A stretch of DNA of 64,000 nt from the NCBI GenBank assembly GCA_026396175.1, contig JAPLXG010000002.1, forward strand, positions 25,490-89,489, written 5' to 3'. The notes under the pieces are model-generated. The model saw only the letters and a list, made by a program, of their open reading frames with translations, did no database searches and was not told where the DNA came from. This stretch comes from Candidatus Moraniibacteriota bacterium. Lineage in GTDB: Bacteria > Patescibacteriota > Minisyncoccia > Moranbacterales > UBA2206. This document shows, one piece after another, positions 9,533-18,962 of this stretch (the first letter of the stretch is position 1; every line of letters starts with the position of its first letter). A program made the translations under genes and the position numbers.

Positions 9533-9670
9533 CTATTTTCCTTTCGTTTTAATGCTTTTCTTTTTTACTCCATCAGTGGAGTAAGCACTTTGTTCACATT
9601 TGTGACATTCCTTATTTCGCTTAGGATCGCCTTGCTTCACTCGACAATTATTGCCAATCAAGTTGCACAT
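9533..9670 (-). CDS. Possible 45-aa zinc-ribbon-like micro-protein (MCNLIGNNC...CHKC)
   Basis: Short ORF with two Cys pairs whose stop codon abuts the pyrEF start codon (TAGCATG). Below the ORF-track size cutoff; speculative. Confidence 0.25.
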   Translation of the reverse strand: MCNLIGNNCRVKQGDPKRNKECHKCEQSAYSTDGVKKKSIKTKGK

Positions 9671-10058
9671 AAAACCAATCTCCTTTACTGTGTAGGTTTT
9701 TGCCAAATTTTACCATCATATATTAACCGATTAAAAAAACCGGATATTTGTCAAATAACTACCAAAAAATCCCTAAAGAGACGTTTTCTCCCTAGGAACG
9801 AACTGCTACTAAATTAGCGGAAATTCGGGGATTAGTCAAATGTTATTCGCTGCGCGAACCCCCGCTACCTGCCTACCGGCAGGCAGGCGAATGGGGAACA
9901 TTCAAATAAACAATCCTCCGCTCGCTGGTGCGAATACCTTGAGCTCCCGAAGCTTAGCTTCTGTTGATAACCTGCGTTTCTGTGTTTAATTTGTCTTAAT
10001 CTGTGTCAAATCTGTTTTATATGCTATCATTGGACTGTAATCATTTTGGAAAATTCTT

Positions 10059-11321
10059 ATGCTCACAATTTTTGTCGTTGTCATACTTCTTTTAAATCTG
10101 GCTATTTTAGCCTTGCTATTTTCTCGCAAGGCCGGCGACAATTCCGCGCTCATCAAGGAAAGTAATGAACGGATTGGGCGAGCTTTGCGGGAAGAGATGG
10201 GCGCTAATCGGGAAGAAATCGCCCGGTCAATTAAGAATTTTGGCGATTCTGTTGACAAGCGCATTTTTACGCTCGCGGAAATGCAAAATAAAAATTTCGG
10301 TGCTTTTTCTGATAAATTGGGCGAGGTGATTGAAAAAAATGACAAAAAAATGGAGTATGTACGCGAGACAATCGAAAAGCGCTTGGAAAATATCCAAAAA
10401 GACAACAGCGAAAAATTGGAAAAAATGCGCGAAACGGTGGACGAAAAATTGCATGCCACTTTGGAAAAACGCTTGGGCGAATCTTTCAAATTGGTTAGTG
10501 AACGTTTGGAGTTAGTTCACAAAGGCTTGGGTGAAATGCAGACACTGGCGAGCGGCGTCGGGGATCTCAAAAAAGTTTTGCAAAATGTCAAAACCCGTGG
10601 CACTTGGGGCGAAGTCCAGCTTGGCACGCTCCTTGATCAAATTATGACCATTGAACAATATGAGAAAAATGTCGCGACAAAAAAAGACAGCAATGACCGG
10701 GTTGAATTTGCCATCAAGATTCCGGCTAAAGATGAAAAACTGAAAAACATTTGGCTGCCAATTGACGCCAAATTTCCCCTGGAAGATTTTCAAAACCTCA
10801 TCGACGCGGAAGAAAAATGCGATATCGCTCTCATCGCCAGCCTGGGAAAAGCGCTGGAAGTGCGCATCAAATCAGAAGCGAAAGATATCCGCGAAAAATA
10901 TCTCGACCCGCCCTATACCACTGATTTTGGAATTTTGTTTTTGCCAATCGAAGGACTCTATGCCGAAGTTCTCCGCCGTCCGGGATTAGCTGACACACTT
11001 CAACGGGAATATAAAGTGATTGTGACCGGACCGACCACGATTGCCGCCATTCTCAACAGTCTCCAGATGGGCTTTCGCACTTTGGCCATTGAAAAAAGAT
11101 CCAGTGACGTTTGGATCACGCTCGGAGCAATCAAAAAAGATTTTGCTAGCTTTGGCGATCTTTTGGACAAGACCCACAAGAAACTGCAAGAAGCTTCGAA
11201 TACCATTGAAGACGCATCCAAAAAAAGCCGTACGATTGAAAGAAAACTCGGCAAAGTCCAAGAATTGCCCGTGCCGGAAATTGTGAAAGAGTTGCCTCTA
11301 GGGATTGAGGTGGAAGAATAA
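10059..11321 (+). CDS. rmuC: DNA recombination protein RmuC
   Basis: N-terminal TM, long coiled-coil, C-terminal RmuC domain (IWLPIDAKFPLEDF, ILFLPIEGLYAEV). Confidence 0.85.
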   Translation: MLTIFVVVILLLNLAILALLFSRKAGDNSALIKESNERIGRALREEMGANREEIARSIKNFGDSVDKRIFTLAEMQNKNFGAFSDKLGEVIEKNDKKMEYVRETIEKRLENIQKDNSEKLEKMRETVDEKLHATLEKRLGESFKLVSERLELVHKGLGEMQTLASGVGDLKKVLQNVKTRGTWGEVQLGTLLDQIMTIEQYEKNVATKKDSNDRVEFAIKIPAKDEKLKNIWLPIDAKFPLEDFQNLIDAEEKCDIALIASLGKALEVRIKSEAKDIREKYLDPPYTTDFGILFLPIEGLYAEVLRRPGLADTLQREYKVIVTGPTTIAAILNSLQMGFRTLAIEKRSSDVWITLGAIKKDFASFGDLLDKTHKKLQEASNTIEDASKKSRTIERKLGKVQELPVPEIVKELPLGIEVEE

Positions 11322-11349
11322 TAACCCATACATACCAACTAAAAAAATA

Positions 11350-11498
11350 TGTCATCCTGAGCGGAATAAATTTTCGCTAGAAAATTTATGCAGTCGAAGG
11401 ATCTACTAACCTTTATCACTAGCTTGTGATTTGTAGTAAAAACTACGATTACACTAAGCAGATCCTTCGACTTCGCTCCGCTACGCTCAGGATGACAA
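11350..11498 (+). mobile_element. MITE-like element copy 1 (TIR TTGTCATCCTGAGCG / CGCTCAGGATGACAA)
   Basis: About 149 bp, imperfect 14-15 bp terminal inverted repeats, internal palindromic module AAATTTTCGCTAGAAAATTT, long stem GAAGGATCT...AGATCCTTC with variable centre. Confidence 0.7.
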
Positions 11499-11530
11499 CT
11501 TAATTTGACTAATTTTAAAACCAAAAAACT

Positions 11531-11731
11531 ATGGACCCCCAACTTGAACAAAAACTCGCTTCGCAAGACCAAAAACTCGACAAAATTTACGCCTCAATCG
11601 AAAAGATGCGCAAGTATTTTTTCTGGACGATGATCGTCACCATCGGAATGATTGTCCTGCCAATCATTGCCCTCATTGCTGTTATTCCCTGGTTCCTGAG
11701 TGTAATGGGTAGTGCTTATAATATTCAGTGA
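11531..11731 (+). CDS. Small hypothetical membrane peptide (66 aa, 1-2 TM)
   Basis: ORF lying exactly between two MITE copies. Hydrophobic C-terminal half (TMIVTIGMIVLPIIALIAVIPWFL). Confidence 0.35.
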   Translation: MDPQLEQKLASQDQKLDKIYASIEKMRKYFFWTMIVTIGMIVLPIIALIAVIPWFLSVMGSAYNIQ

Positions 11732-11745
11732 CAAAATACCCATTT

Positions 11746-11895
11746 TGTCATCCTGAGCGGAATAAATTTTCGCTAGAAAATTTATGCAGTCGAAGGATCT
11801 ACTGACCACTACCGTTAGTTTTGCGATTTTATAGCACAACTTACGATAATATAAGGCAGATCCTTCGACTCCACTCCGTTACTCTCAGGATGACA
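11746..11895 (+). mobile_element. MITE-like element copy 2
   Basis: Same termini and internal modules as copy 1, same orientation, different central loop sequence. Confidence 0.7.
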
Positions 11896-12015
11896 CTGCT
11901 TTTTAGCCTTGAAACAGCCGTTTCGAGCAATTTTGTTTGACAAAAAGGCAAAACCATGCTACGCTTATAAATCAGTTTTTGGATAGTTATTTCAACCAAA
12001 AAAAGGAGGCATCAA

Positions 12016-12288
12016 ATGCCAAACATTGAACAGTACGGTTTTAGTGTTGACGAGGCGCTGGGGATAGACTCGATGATTCATGATCTTTTCGAAAACAAGC
12101 CGTATCGAAATGATTATGTGACGACTTTCATTGAGTCTGACGTGAGAGACCATCGCAATAAAAAACAACCTTTTTTGCGACTGGTTACAACCAAAGATAA
12201 ACATACCGATGACATCATTAACGAACTTAAAAAACTCAAGTTCGATATTGAGGTCATGCCGCTGAATCTTTTCATCCCGAAAGAATAA
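12016..12288 (+). CDS. Hypothetical protein (90 aa)
   Basis: Strong RBS AAAGGAGG 7 nt upstream of the ATG. Followed by an intrinsic terminator. Confidence 0.5.
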   Translation: MPNIEQYGFSVDEALGIDSMIHDLFENKPYRNDYVTTFIESDVRDHRNKKQPFLRLVTTKDKHTDDIINELKKLKFDIEVMPLNLFIPKE

Positions 12289-12305
12289 CGGCCAAAGGCC
12301 AACGA

Positions 12306-12346
12306 CCGCCCTGTGGATTTTTTCCTTCCACAGGGTGTATTTTTTA
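12306..12346 (+). terminator. Rho-independent terminator (CCCTGTGG...CCACAGGG plus T-run)
   Basis: 8-bp stem and T-run seen directly after the 12016..12288 stop codon. Confidence 0.7.
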
Positions 12347-12370
12347 AAAAATATTAAATTTTCCGATACA

Positions 12371-12403
12371 AAAAAAATCCACCCTCGCGAGTGGATTTTT
12401 TTA
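12371..12403 (-). terminator. Rho-independent terminator for rplL (ATCCACTCGCGAGGGTGGAT plus U-run on minus strand)
   Basis: Hairpin plus A/T runs immediately 3' of rplL; convergent with the preceding terminator. Confidence 0.7.
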
Positions 12404-12423
12404 TTCTCAAATTGAGAGAAAAA

Positions 12424-12831
12424 CTATTTCAAAGTCACGGTTGCACCGGCTTCTTCTAGTTTCTTTTTCATTCCCTCCGCTTCTACTTTGGAAACTTTTT
12501 CTTTGATCACCTTGGGAGCGGCATCAACCAAATCCTTGGCGTCTTTGAGGCCAAGACCGGTGATTTCTCGCACCGCCTTAATCACATTGATCTTTGATGC
12601 GCCGGAATCAGTTACTTCCACATCAAATTCAGATTTCTCTTCAGTGGCTGGAGCGGCGTCGCCAGCTGCAGGAGCGGCGGCCATCATCACACCAGCGGAA
12701 GCAGAAACACCAAATTTCTCTTCCAAGACCTTCACTAGTTCAGAAAGTTCCAAAACGCTCATTGTTTCGATCTCGGTCACGAGTTTTTTGAATTTTTCTG
12801 GAACTTCAACTTCCTTCTTGTCTTCTGTCAT
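12424..12831 (-). CDS. rplL: 50S ribosomal protein L7/L12
   Basis: Ala-rich hinge and conserved C-terminal domain ([41 protein letters not shown]). Confidence 0.9.
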   Translation of the reverse strand: MTEDKKEVEVPEKFKKLVTEIETMSVLELSELVKVLEEKFGVSASAGVMMAAAPAAGDAAPATEEKSEFDVEVTDSGASKINVIKAVREITGLGLKDAKDLVDAAPKVIKEKVSKVEAEGMKKKLEEAGATVTLK

Positions 12832-12951
12832 TTGTTTAGTCCTAGTTAAGTAGTTACTTAGTTTATTAGTTAAGGAGGGATTCTAACCTATTTAACCATT
12901 CAACTATTCAACTAATTAACTAATTAAAAAAATTATAAATTAATTAACAAT

Positions 12952-13488
12952 TTATTTTTTATCCGCCACAGCTTTCAAAACTCGCATAAATCCGCTCAAA
13001 TTTCCCGAGAGCACGCGAACAAAATTCGTAACTGGAGCGTTGATCGTGCCAACAAATTTTGCCAGGAGCTCATCTTTGGATGGCAACTTGGAAAGTGCAA
13101 CCACCTCATCCGTGCTGAGCATCTTTCCTTCCAGCACTCCTCCGGTCACTTTCAATTTGTCATTCACTTTGGAAAATTTGCTCATAATTTTCGCAGCAGC
13201 AACTTCGTCCTTCGGCGAAACGGCCACGGCGATTTGTCCTTCCATTTTCAAAACATCTGCTTCGATGCCGGCATTTTTGAGCGCGATGTTGATGAGGGTC
13301 TTTTTAACCACTTTGAGGCTAATCCCCTCTGCGCGCAATTCTTTTCGCAGAGCCACCATATCTTTCATGTTGAGGCCCTTGAAATCAGAAAAAACCACGG
13401 CCTTGGCGCCCTTCAGTTTTTCTGACAATTCAGACACAATCACGTCTTTTTGAATCTTCGTTTGCATATATTTATAAACTTTAGCCAA
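12952..13488 (-). CDS. rplJ: 50S ribosomal protein L10
   Basis: L10 family sequence; conserved rplJ-rplL order. Confidence 0.9.
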   Translation of the reverse strand: MAKVYKYMQTKIQKDVIVSELSEKLKGAKAVVFSDFKGLNMKDMVALRKELRAEGISLKVVKKTLINIALKNAGIEADVLKMEGQIAVAVSPKDEVAAAKIMSKFSKVNDKLKVTGGVLEGKMLSTDEVVALSKLPSKDELLAKFVGTINAPVTNFVRVLSGNLSGFMRVLKAVADKK

Positions 13489-13606
13489 TTAAAAACTGCG
13501 GATATTGCCGCAGATTAAATCGAAAAAAAATTCTTTTCGAATTTTCCTCAATAGGACTTATTGGCGCCTATCGTCTGCGGAAAAAATATTTGCTATTTTA
13601 TTACTA
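13489..13606 (-). promoter_or_regulatory. rplJ 5' leader region (possible L10 autoregulatory leader / promoter)
   Basis: About 120-nt untranslated region with hairpin CTGCGGATATTGCCGCAG upstream of rplJ. Assignment by position only. Confidence 0.3.
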
Positions 13607-14122
13607 TTACTCTGTTTTAGCCTCTTTCGTTTTCTCAATAATTGCTTCGGAAGCTAGTGCTTCTTTCTTCTCTGCTTTCTGTTCACTGTTCACTGTTTCC
13701 TGATTACTGACAATCGCTTCTTCAAATTTCGGAGCAGGGGCCGCTTCAGCTACAACTTCTTCTTTCTTTTCAGCAACTACTTCCTCTTTTTTCTCTTTTT
13801 TCTGTTCACTACTCACTGTTTCCTGATTACTGATAGGTGCTTCAACCACAACAGCTTTCTTTGGCAATTTCACGATTCTTTTCTTTTCAGAAATCACACC
13901 TTTTTTGACTAGAAGGTTATGCACCGTATCAGAAACAAACGCGCCTTTTTCGATCCAATATTTGATCCGGTCAGCCTGGAGCACGGCTTCTTTAGAATGT
14001 GGGTTATAACTGCCCAATATTTCCACGTGCCTTCCTCCTGGAGCAACCGTGCGCTCTTGCAGCATTATCTTGAATTGTGCCGTATTTCGTTTACCTGTTC
14101 GAGCCAGTCGTATGGTCAGCAT
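13607..14122 (-). CDS. rpsP: 30S ribosomal protein S16 with repetitive K/E-rich C-terminal extension
   Basis: N-terminal about 80 aa is canonical S16. C-terminus has duplicated EKKEEVVAE / VSNQETV..SEQK units encoded by a duplicated DNA segment containing TGTTCACTGTT. Confidence 0.85.
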   Translation of the reverse strand: MLTIRLARTGKRNTAQFKIMLQERTVAPGGRHVEILGSYNPHSKEAVLQADRIKYWIEKGAFVSDTVHNLLVKKGVISEKKRIVKLPKKAVVVEAPISNQETVSSEQKKEKKEEVVAEKKEEVVAEAAPAPKFEEAIVSNQETVNSEQKAEKKEALASEAIIEKTKEAKTE

Positions 14123-14260
14123 AAAATTTTAGCTTTAATAAAAACACAGACGTAAAATAACGCTTGTTTTTGCATAATTTAGGTTACTGAGATAGTTTAA
14201 GGCTTTTTTAAAATCTTGTCAAGTTTAACGCACAAATCCGCCGCAAAATGCATCCGTTGG

Positions 14261-15193
14261 CTATTTTTTCTTTCTCACAATATACATCGGCCGGTTAGTC
14301 ACTTCCGCGTGAATGTTGGCGATATAGAGTGCGATAAGCCCAAGGCAGATAAGCACAATGCCGATGAGAAACAGAATCACTACTGCCAGAATAACTGAGC
14401 TGGAAAAATGCAATTCTTTCGTGATATAGCGATCCACCATGATAAAAATACCGAGGAGGCCGGAAAGGAAAGTAATAATCACTCCCATATAGCCAGCCAG
14501 TTTCAAAGGAAAAAGACTGAAAGAAATCACACTATTAAACGCCAAGCGCACCAATTTCCAAAAACTATAGGCCGGCACGCCGTGAATTCGCTCATTCGCT
14601 TCAAAGCGGATATACTCGCGCCGAAAACCAAGCCAATCAATGAGCGCTCTAGTCATGCGATTTCTTTCTGAGAGCTTGTTGAACTCATCAATCACAACAC
14701 GATCCAAGAGACGAAAATCCGTCGCTCGCGTCACAATTTCCATATCCGAAATTTGGTTGATCATTTTGTAGAAAAAATAGGAACCGATTTTTTTGACTAA
14801 TCCCTCGCCTTTATTTTTCTCTCGCACACCCACTACAACTTCTGCGCCCGCTTCCCATTTCGCAATAAAATCCGGAATTTTTTCAATCGGATGTTGCAGA
14901 TCGGCATCCAAAATAATGCACGCTGCTCCTTGGCAACTATTGATACCGGCGGTAAGAGCAATCTCTTTGCCAAAGTTGCGCGAAAAATCAATCACATGCA
15001 CGCGCGAATCCTGCCCGGCAATTTTTTCCAGCTCTATTATGCTTTTGTCGCGACTGCCATCATTGATAAAAATAATTTCCCAGGCATAGTTTACGCCCAA
15101 GACCGCCTGAATTTTTTCATAGAAAAGCGGAATGTTTTTTTCTTCATTGTAGACCGGGACAATAATTGAGAGTAATTTTTTTTCTAGTTCCAT
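14261..15193 (-). CDS. GT2 glycosyltransferase (polyprenyl-phosphate sugar transferase, GtrB/ArnC-like) with C-terminal TM helices
   Basis: IIVPVYNEE, DADLQH (DxD) motifs; two C-terminal TM segments. Confidence 0.8.
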   Translation of the reverse strand: MELEKKLLSIIVPVYNEEKNIPLFYEKIQAVLGVNYAWEIIFINDGSRDKSIIELEKIAGQDSRVHVIDFSRNFGKEIALTAGINSCQGAACIILDADLQHPIEKIPDFIAKWEAGAEVVVGVREKNKGEGLVKKIGSYFFYKMINQISDMEIVTRATDFRLLDRVVIDEFNKLSERNRMTRALIDWLGFRREYIRFEANERIHGVPAYSFWKLVRLAFNSVISFSLFPLKLAGYMGVIITFLSGLLGIFIMVDRYITKELHFSSSVILAVVILFLIGIVLICLGLIALYIANIHAEVTNRPMYIVRKKK

Positions 15194-15203
15194 ATTTTTA
15201 AGT

Positions 15204-16502
15204 TTAGCCTAGCTCATCATTGTGAAGTTTTAGTGAAGATGAGGCAGAATTAAACGAATTAAAAATAAAAGGCAACGTGCTGATTAGAGCCACAAACTGG
15301 GCAATAATTCCTATGCTTAGTATAGCAGAAATCGTGTGACCGAGAAATAGGATCGCAAATGCCGCGATAACCGCCACCGAAAGCAACCCATAAACTACCT
15401 TGACCCGATGTAAGGAAAGCAAATATTGCAGGGTCAAATTAACAAGAGAAAACAAGACAACGAGAATCGCAAACCAGCCCAAGTAGCCCGAGACAGCATT
15501 ATATTTTGCCCCAAATAGTAAGGAAAGGATCAGCCTTGGCGCGAGAAAATAGACCGCCACGGAAATCACTGAAACCATAATCATCAGCGAAAAAGCTTGC
15601 AAAAAAAGTTTTCTTGAGTTGCTTTCTTTTTTGTGATTATGTTCCGCCGACATTGAGAAAAGCACCCCAGCAATCACGCCAGTAGCAAAAAAGATAATTT
15701 TGGAAACAATGGTCAGTGCTCCATATTGTCCCGCTTCAATATCAGAAAGATTGTGCTTAGCGAGCACCATATCTAAATTACCCAGTGCGGTAATCGCCAA
15801 ATTGCCCATAAAAAAAGTAGCCACCGTGCTTTTGACTGACCCAAAATTTAATTTAGCTATTTCATGCGTATCATTTTTCCCTGTGACAATAATAAATTTG
15901 AGGCAAATGAGGGCGATGACATAGGTTCCCACGGCCGAGAGAAAGAAACTAAGCATCAGTCCATTAACTTTTAGTCCAACAGCAATGAAGACCAGCGCGG
16001 AAACTAATTTCAAAGCCCCTCCGGCAATCGCCGCCCAGCTCGACTCTTTGAATTTCTGCCAACCACTGAGCATTCCCTGGGCACCGGAAGAATAAAGCGA
16101 GAGTAGCATTGATACCCAAACAATCACCAGCGGAATATTGCTCTCAATATTTAGAAACTTACTAATAAACGGCGTGAGTAGAATTGTCAGTAAAAAAACC
16201 GGCGTTCCATACTGCGTGATTTTTTTATTGAAATAACTCAACAGCTCATAGCTTCTTTTTTTGTTGTCTTGCGCTTTGCACTCGGCCGCATATTTCGTCA
16301 TCACCATAATCAGTGTCGCGGCTGGAACGGAAATAATCGTCATCAGCGAAATCAAAGATTCTGTTTCGCCATAAACAGCGACACTCACCATTCTTCCCAC
16401 CACCAAATGGAAAATGTAATTGAGCACATTATTCACCATACTGCCGGAAAAAAGCACAAAACTATTCCAAGCAAAAGCATTGTTTCTGATTTTTTTGAGC
16501 AT
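15204..16502 (-). CDS. Polysaccharide flippase-like membrane protein (Wzx/MOP superfamily)
   Basis: About 12 predicted TM helices, located in the glycan gene cluster. Confidence 0.6.
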   Translation of the reverse strand: MLKKIRNNAFAWNSFVLFSGSMVNNVLNYIFHLVVGRMVSVAVYGETESLISLMTIISVPAATLIMVMTKYAAECKAQDNKKRSYELLSYFNKKITQYGTPVFLLTILLTPFISKFLNIESNIPLVIVWVSMLLSLYSSGAQGMLSGWQKFKESSWAAIAGGALKLVSALVFIAVGLKVNGLMLSFFLSAVGTYVIALICLKFIIVTGKNDTHEIAKLNFGSVKSTVATFFMGNLAITALGNLDMVLAKHNLSDIEAGQYGALTIVSKIIFFATGVIAGVLFSMSAEHNHKKESNSRKLFLQAFSLMIMVSVISVAVYFLAPRLILSLLFGAKYNAVSGYLGWFAILVVLFSLVNLTLQYLLSLHRVKVVYGLLSVAVIAAFAILFLGHTISAILSIGIIAQFVALISTLPFIFNSFNSASSSLKLHNDELG

Positions 16503-16504
16503 AA

Positions 16505-17458
16505 TTATTTTATCTTGTAATACTGCCTATACCACTCCACAAAATTCGCAATCCCCTTTTCAATTCTAGTTGTCGGCTTCCAGCCTAATTTTCGCAGTTT
16601 CTTAATATCTGCCACAGTTGAAGGCACATCGCCCGGTTGCATCGGCATCATATTTTTCTTTGCAATTTTCCCCAGACATTTTTCCAAAACTTCAATGTAA
16701 CGCAAAAGCGTTTCTTCTTTGTCTCCACCAATATTCATCACGCCACAAGGCAGATTTGCATCCAGCACAGTAATTGTGCCGGAAACGATATCATCCACAT
16801 AAGTGAAGTTGCGACTCATTTTTCCATGATTATACACATCGATTGGTTTTCCCGCTAGAATATTTTTGGTAAATTTGAAAAGCGCCATATCCGGTCGTCC
16901 CCATGGCCCATAGACAGTGAAAAAGCGCAGACCCGTTGTTGGCAGTCCGTGCACGTGAGAAAAAACATGCGCCATCAGTTCCGTCGCTTTTTTGGTCGCG
17001 GCATAGGGTGAGATTGGCGTGTCAACTGAGTCAGTTTCAGAAAAAGGTAATTTCTTATTATTTCCATACACTGAAGACGACGATGCGTAGACAAAATTTT
17101 TCAGTTTATATTTCGTCGCAAGTTGCAAGAGATTAGTTGTGCCCAAAACATTCACGTCAGCATAGATCAAAGGATTTTCAATCGCATAGCGCACGCCGGC
17201 CATCGCCGCCAGATGCACCACTTTGTCCAATTTCTCATTCTTGAAAATTTTCTCCAGTAATTTTACGTCGCGAATATCTCCGCGATATAGTTTGAATTTA
17301 TACCCCTTGAGAAATTTTTTGATGCGCGCTTCCTTGAGTGACGGGTCATAGTAATCATTGAAGTTATCAATAATCACAACTTGATCTCCGCGGTCCAGCA
17401 ATTTTTTTGCCAGATTTGATCCAATAAACCCCGCGCCGCCTGTGATTAGTACCTTCAT
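16505..17458 (-). CDS. NAD-dependent epimerase/dehydratase (UDP-glucuronate/UDP-sugar 4-epimerase-like)
   Basis: Rossmann GGAGFIGS motif, YxxxK catalytic region; SDR extended family. Confidence 0.8.
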   Translation of the reverse strand: MKVLITGGAGFIGSNLAKKLLDRGDQVVIIDNFNDYYDPSLKEARIKKFLKGYKFKLYRGDIRDVKLLEKIFKNEKLDKVVHLAAMAGVRYAIENPLIYADVNVLGTTNLLQLATKYKLKNFVYASSSSVYGNNKKLPFSETDSVDTPISPYAATKKATELMAHVFSHVHGLPTTGLRFFTVYGPWGRPDMALFKFTKNILAGKPIDVYNHGKMSRNFTYVDDIVSGTITVLDANLPCGVMNIGGDKEETLLRYIEVLEKCLGKIAKKNMMPMQPGDVPSTVADIKKLRKLGWKPTTRIEKGIANFVEWYRQYYKIK

Positions 17459-17578
17459 AAATTTGAAATTTTAAATTTGAAATTTTAAATCAATTTTCAA
17501 TGTTTAAATTTTTAAAATTTATTCATTTAGATTTCATTTCAAATTTAAAATTTAGACTTTAAAATTTAAATCTAACTT

Positions 17579-18751
17579 TTACAATTTTGACTTCAAGTAT
17601 TGGTAATATTCCTCACTATGGCTATTTTTATTTGTGTAATCTTTGAGCGTTTTTTCTCTTGCGCGCTCGCCCACTTCTTTTCGCAAATTTTCATCTTCGA
17701 TTAGTCGCCCCAATTTCTCCGTCCATTCTAGCGTATTTCCCGCCAAAAATCCAGTCACGCCGTCTTCGATTGCGCCGGAAAAAGTCTCGTTTCGCACGGC
17801 TACCGTTGGGATGCCAAGAATCCCCGCTCCGGTAAACCTAATCTCTGATTTCGCTTCACAAAACGGAGTGCTCTCCAGTGGAGCAAGATTAATATCCGCT
17901 TTTTGGATGTTTTTATAGTGCTCCCCTCTTGGCACTAATGGCAATGTTATGATTCTTTTTTCAAATTCATCAAAAGCGTTTCCCTTTTCTAGTGGACCGG
18001 CTAAGATTAATTTAGTATTGGCATATTTTCGCATCACCGCCACCAGCGCGTCAGTAATGGTGGCAAAATCTTTATTGTGACTTGGCGTTCCACTGAAATA
18101 GCCCAGATAGACAAAATCGTCCTTCGCTTTTCTGTCAGTCTCCCAAAGCTTATTCGCTATTTCCAACTCAATGTTGCTTATTTTATTCGTCACTACAAAA
18201 ACTTTTTTATTTTTTTCCTCCAGAATTTTTGCGAGATAAGTTGTGGTCGTTGTGGCGACTTTTACATAGTCATCTTCCAGGATTTCTCGCCCCAAACCTT
18301 TTTCCAGCTGTACTTTTTCCGCTTCGCCGGCATTTTTGAGATAATCCATTTGCGTTACAAATTTTGAATCAAAATTCAAATCATCGGTGTCAAAAATAAT
18401 TTCTTTTTTTTGCGCTTTTATTTTTGCAATCACTTCGGAAATTTTTTCCGAGTAAATGGTTTTGTGGAAAATAAAAATCTTGAATTCGTCGACTAGTTTT
18501 AGCAGATTGGGATTATCAACAATTGTGACTGATGCGCGAAAATTGTGCCGGTTCAATTCTTCCGCCACATTATGCGTGCGATAATGCGCACTATCGCCCA
18601 CGCCGGAAGCCACGAAAAGAATATCGCCCGGCGGAACATCAAGAGCGCATAAATAATTTTTAGCATAACCAAAAACTATTTTCAGACTGCCCCAAAAACC
18701 ATTGCCGCGCATCAGGGTACGAACTTTATCAATTTTGAGGAGAATTTTCAT
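17579..18751 (-). CDS. Glycosyltransferase (GT1/GT4-type C-terminal domain)
   Basis: C-terminal GT-B nucleotide-sugar-binding-like segment (FCEAKSEIRFTGAGILGIPTVAV...EDGVTGFL). Confidence 0.55.
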   Translation of the reverse strand: MKILLKIDKVRTLMRGNGFWGSLKIVFGYAKNYLCALDVPPGDILFVASGVGDSAHYRTHNVAEELNRHNFRASVTIVDNPNLLKLVDEFKIFIFHKTIYSEKISEVIAKIKAQKKEIIFDTDDLNFDSKFVTQMDYLKNAGEAEKVQLEKGLGREILEDDYVKVATTTTTYLAKILEEKNKKVFVVTNKISNIELEIANKLWETDRKAKDDFVYLGYFSGTPSHNKDFATITDALVAVMRKYANTKLILAGPLEKGNAFDEFEKRIITLPLVPRGEHYKNIQKADINLAPLESTPFCEAKSEIRFTGAGILGIPTVAVRNETFSGAIEDGVTGFLAGNTLEWTEKLGRLIEDENLRKEVGERAREKTLKDYTNKNSHSEEYYQYLKSKL

Positions 18752-18962
18752 TGTTTCGTTCGCTGTCGGTTCAAGTCTCTGACTTGAACCATTTATTTCT
18801 TACCCAGCCTTATGATATGCGCTAGATACTAATAGCACAAAGCTCGATAACTCTTATAACTAGCTGGCTAGAACTGGATGGTTCAAATCAGAGATTTGAA
18901 CCAACACGGAAACACCGGAGACTCAACCTCCATTATGGAGGTTGAGTCTCCACGATATATCG

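Noticed and set aside
9700-10058. tRNA or other RNA gene in the long pyrEF/rmuC divergent intergenic region
   Set aside because: No cloverleaf-compatible acceptor/T-arm pattern (no GTTCRANYC-type T-loop). The region contains a GC-palindrome element copy and short CTGTGT direct repeats, so it is more likely a promoter/operator region.
9986-10489. 167-aa minus-strand ORF overlapping rmuC
   Set aside because: Fully embedded antisense to a well-supported RmuC coding region, with a low-complexity S/F/I-rich product. Likely a spurious shadow ORF.
17459-17578. Possible CRISPR array in the AT-rich repetitive tracts (also at 3001-3125 and 47011-47160)
   Set aside because: Repeat units are short, irregular and abut each other without unique spacers of defined length. 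No cas genes are in the window. Better explained as low-complexity satellite-like spacers.
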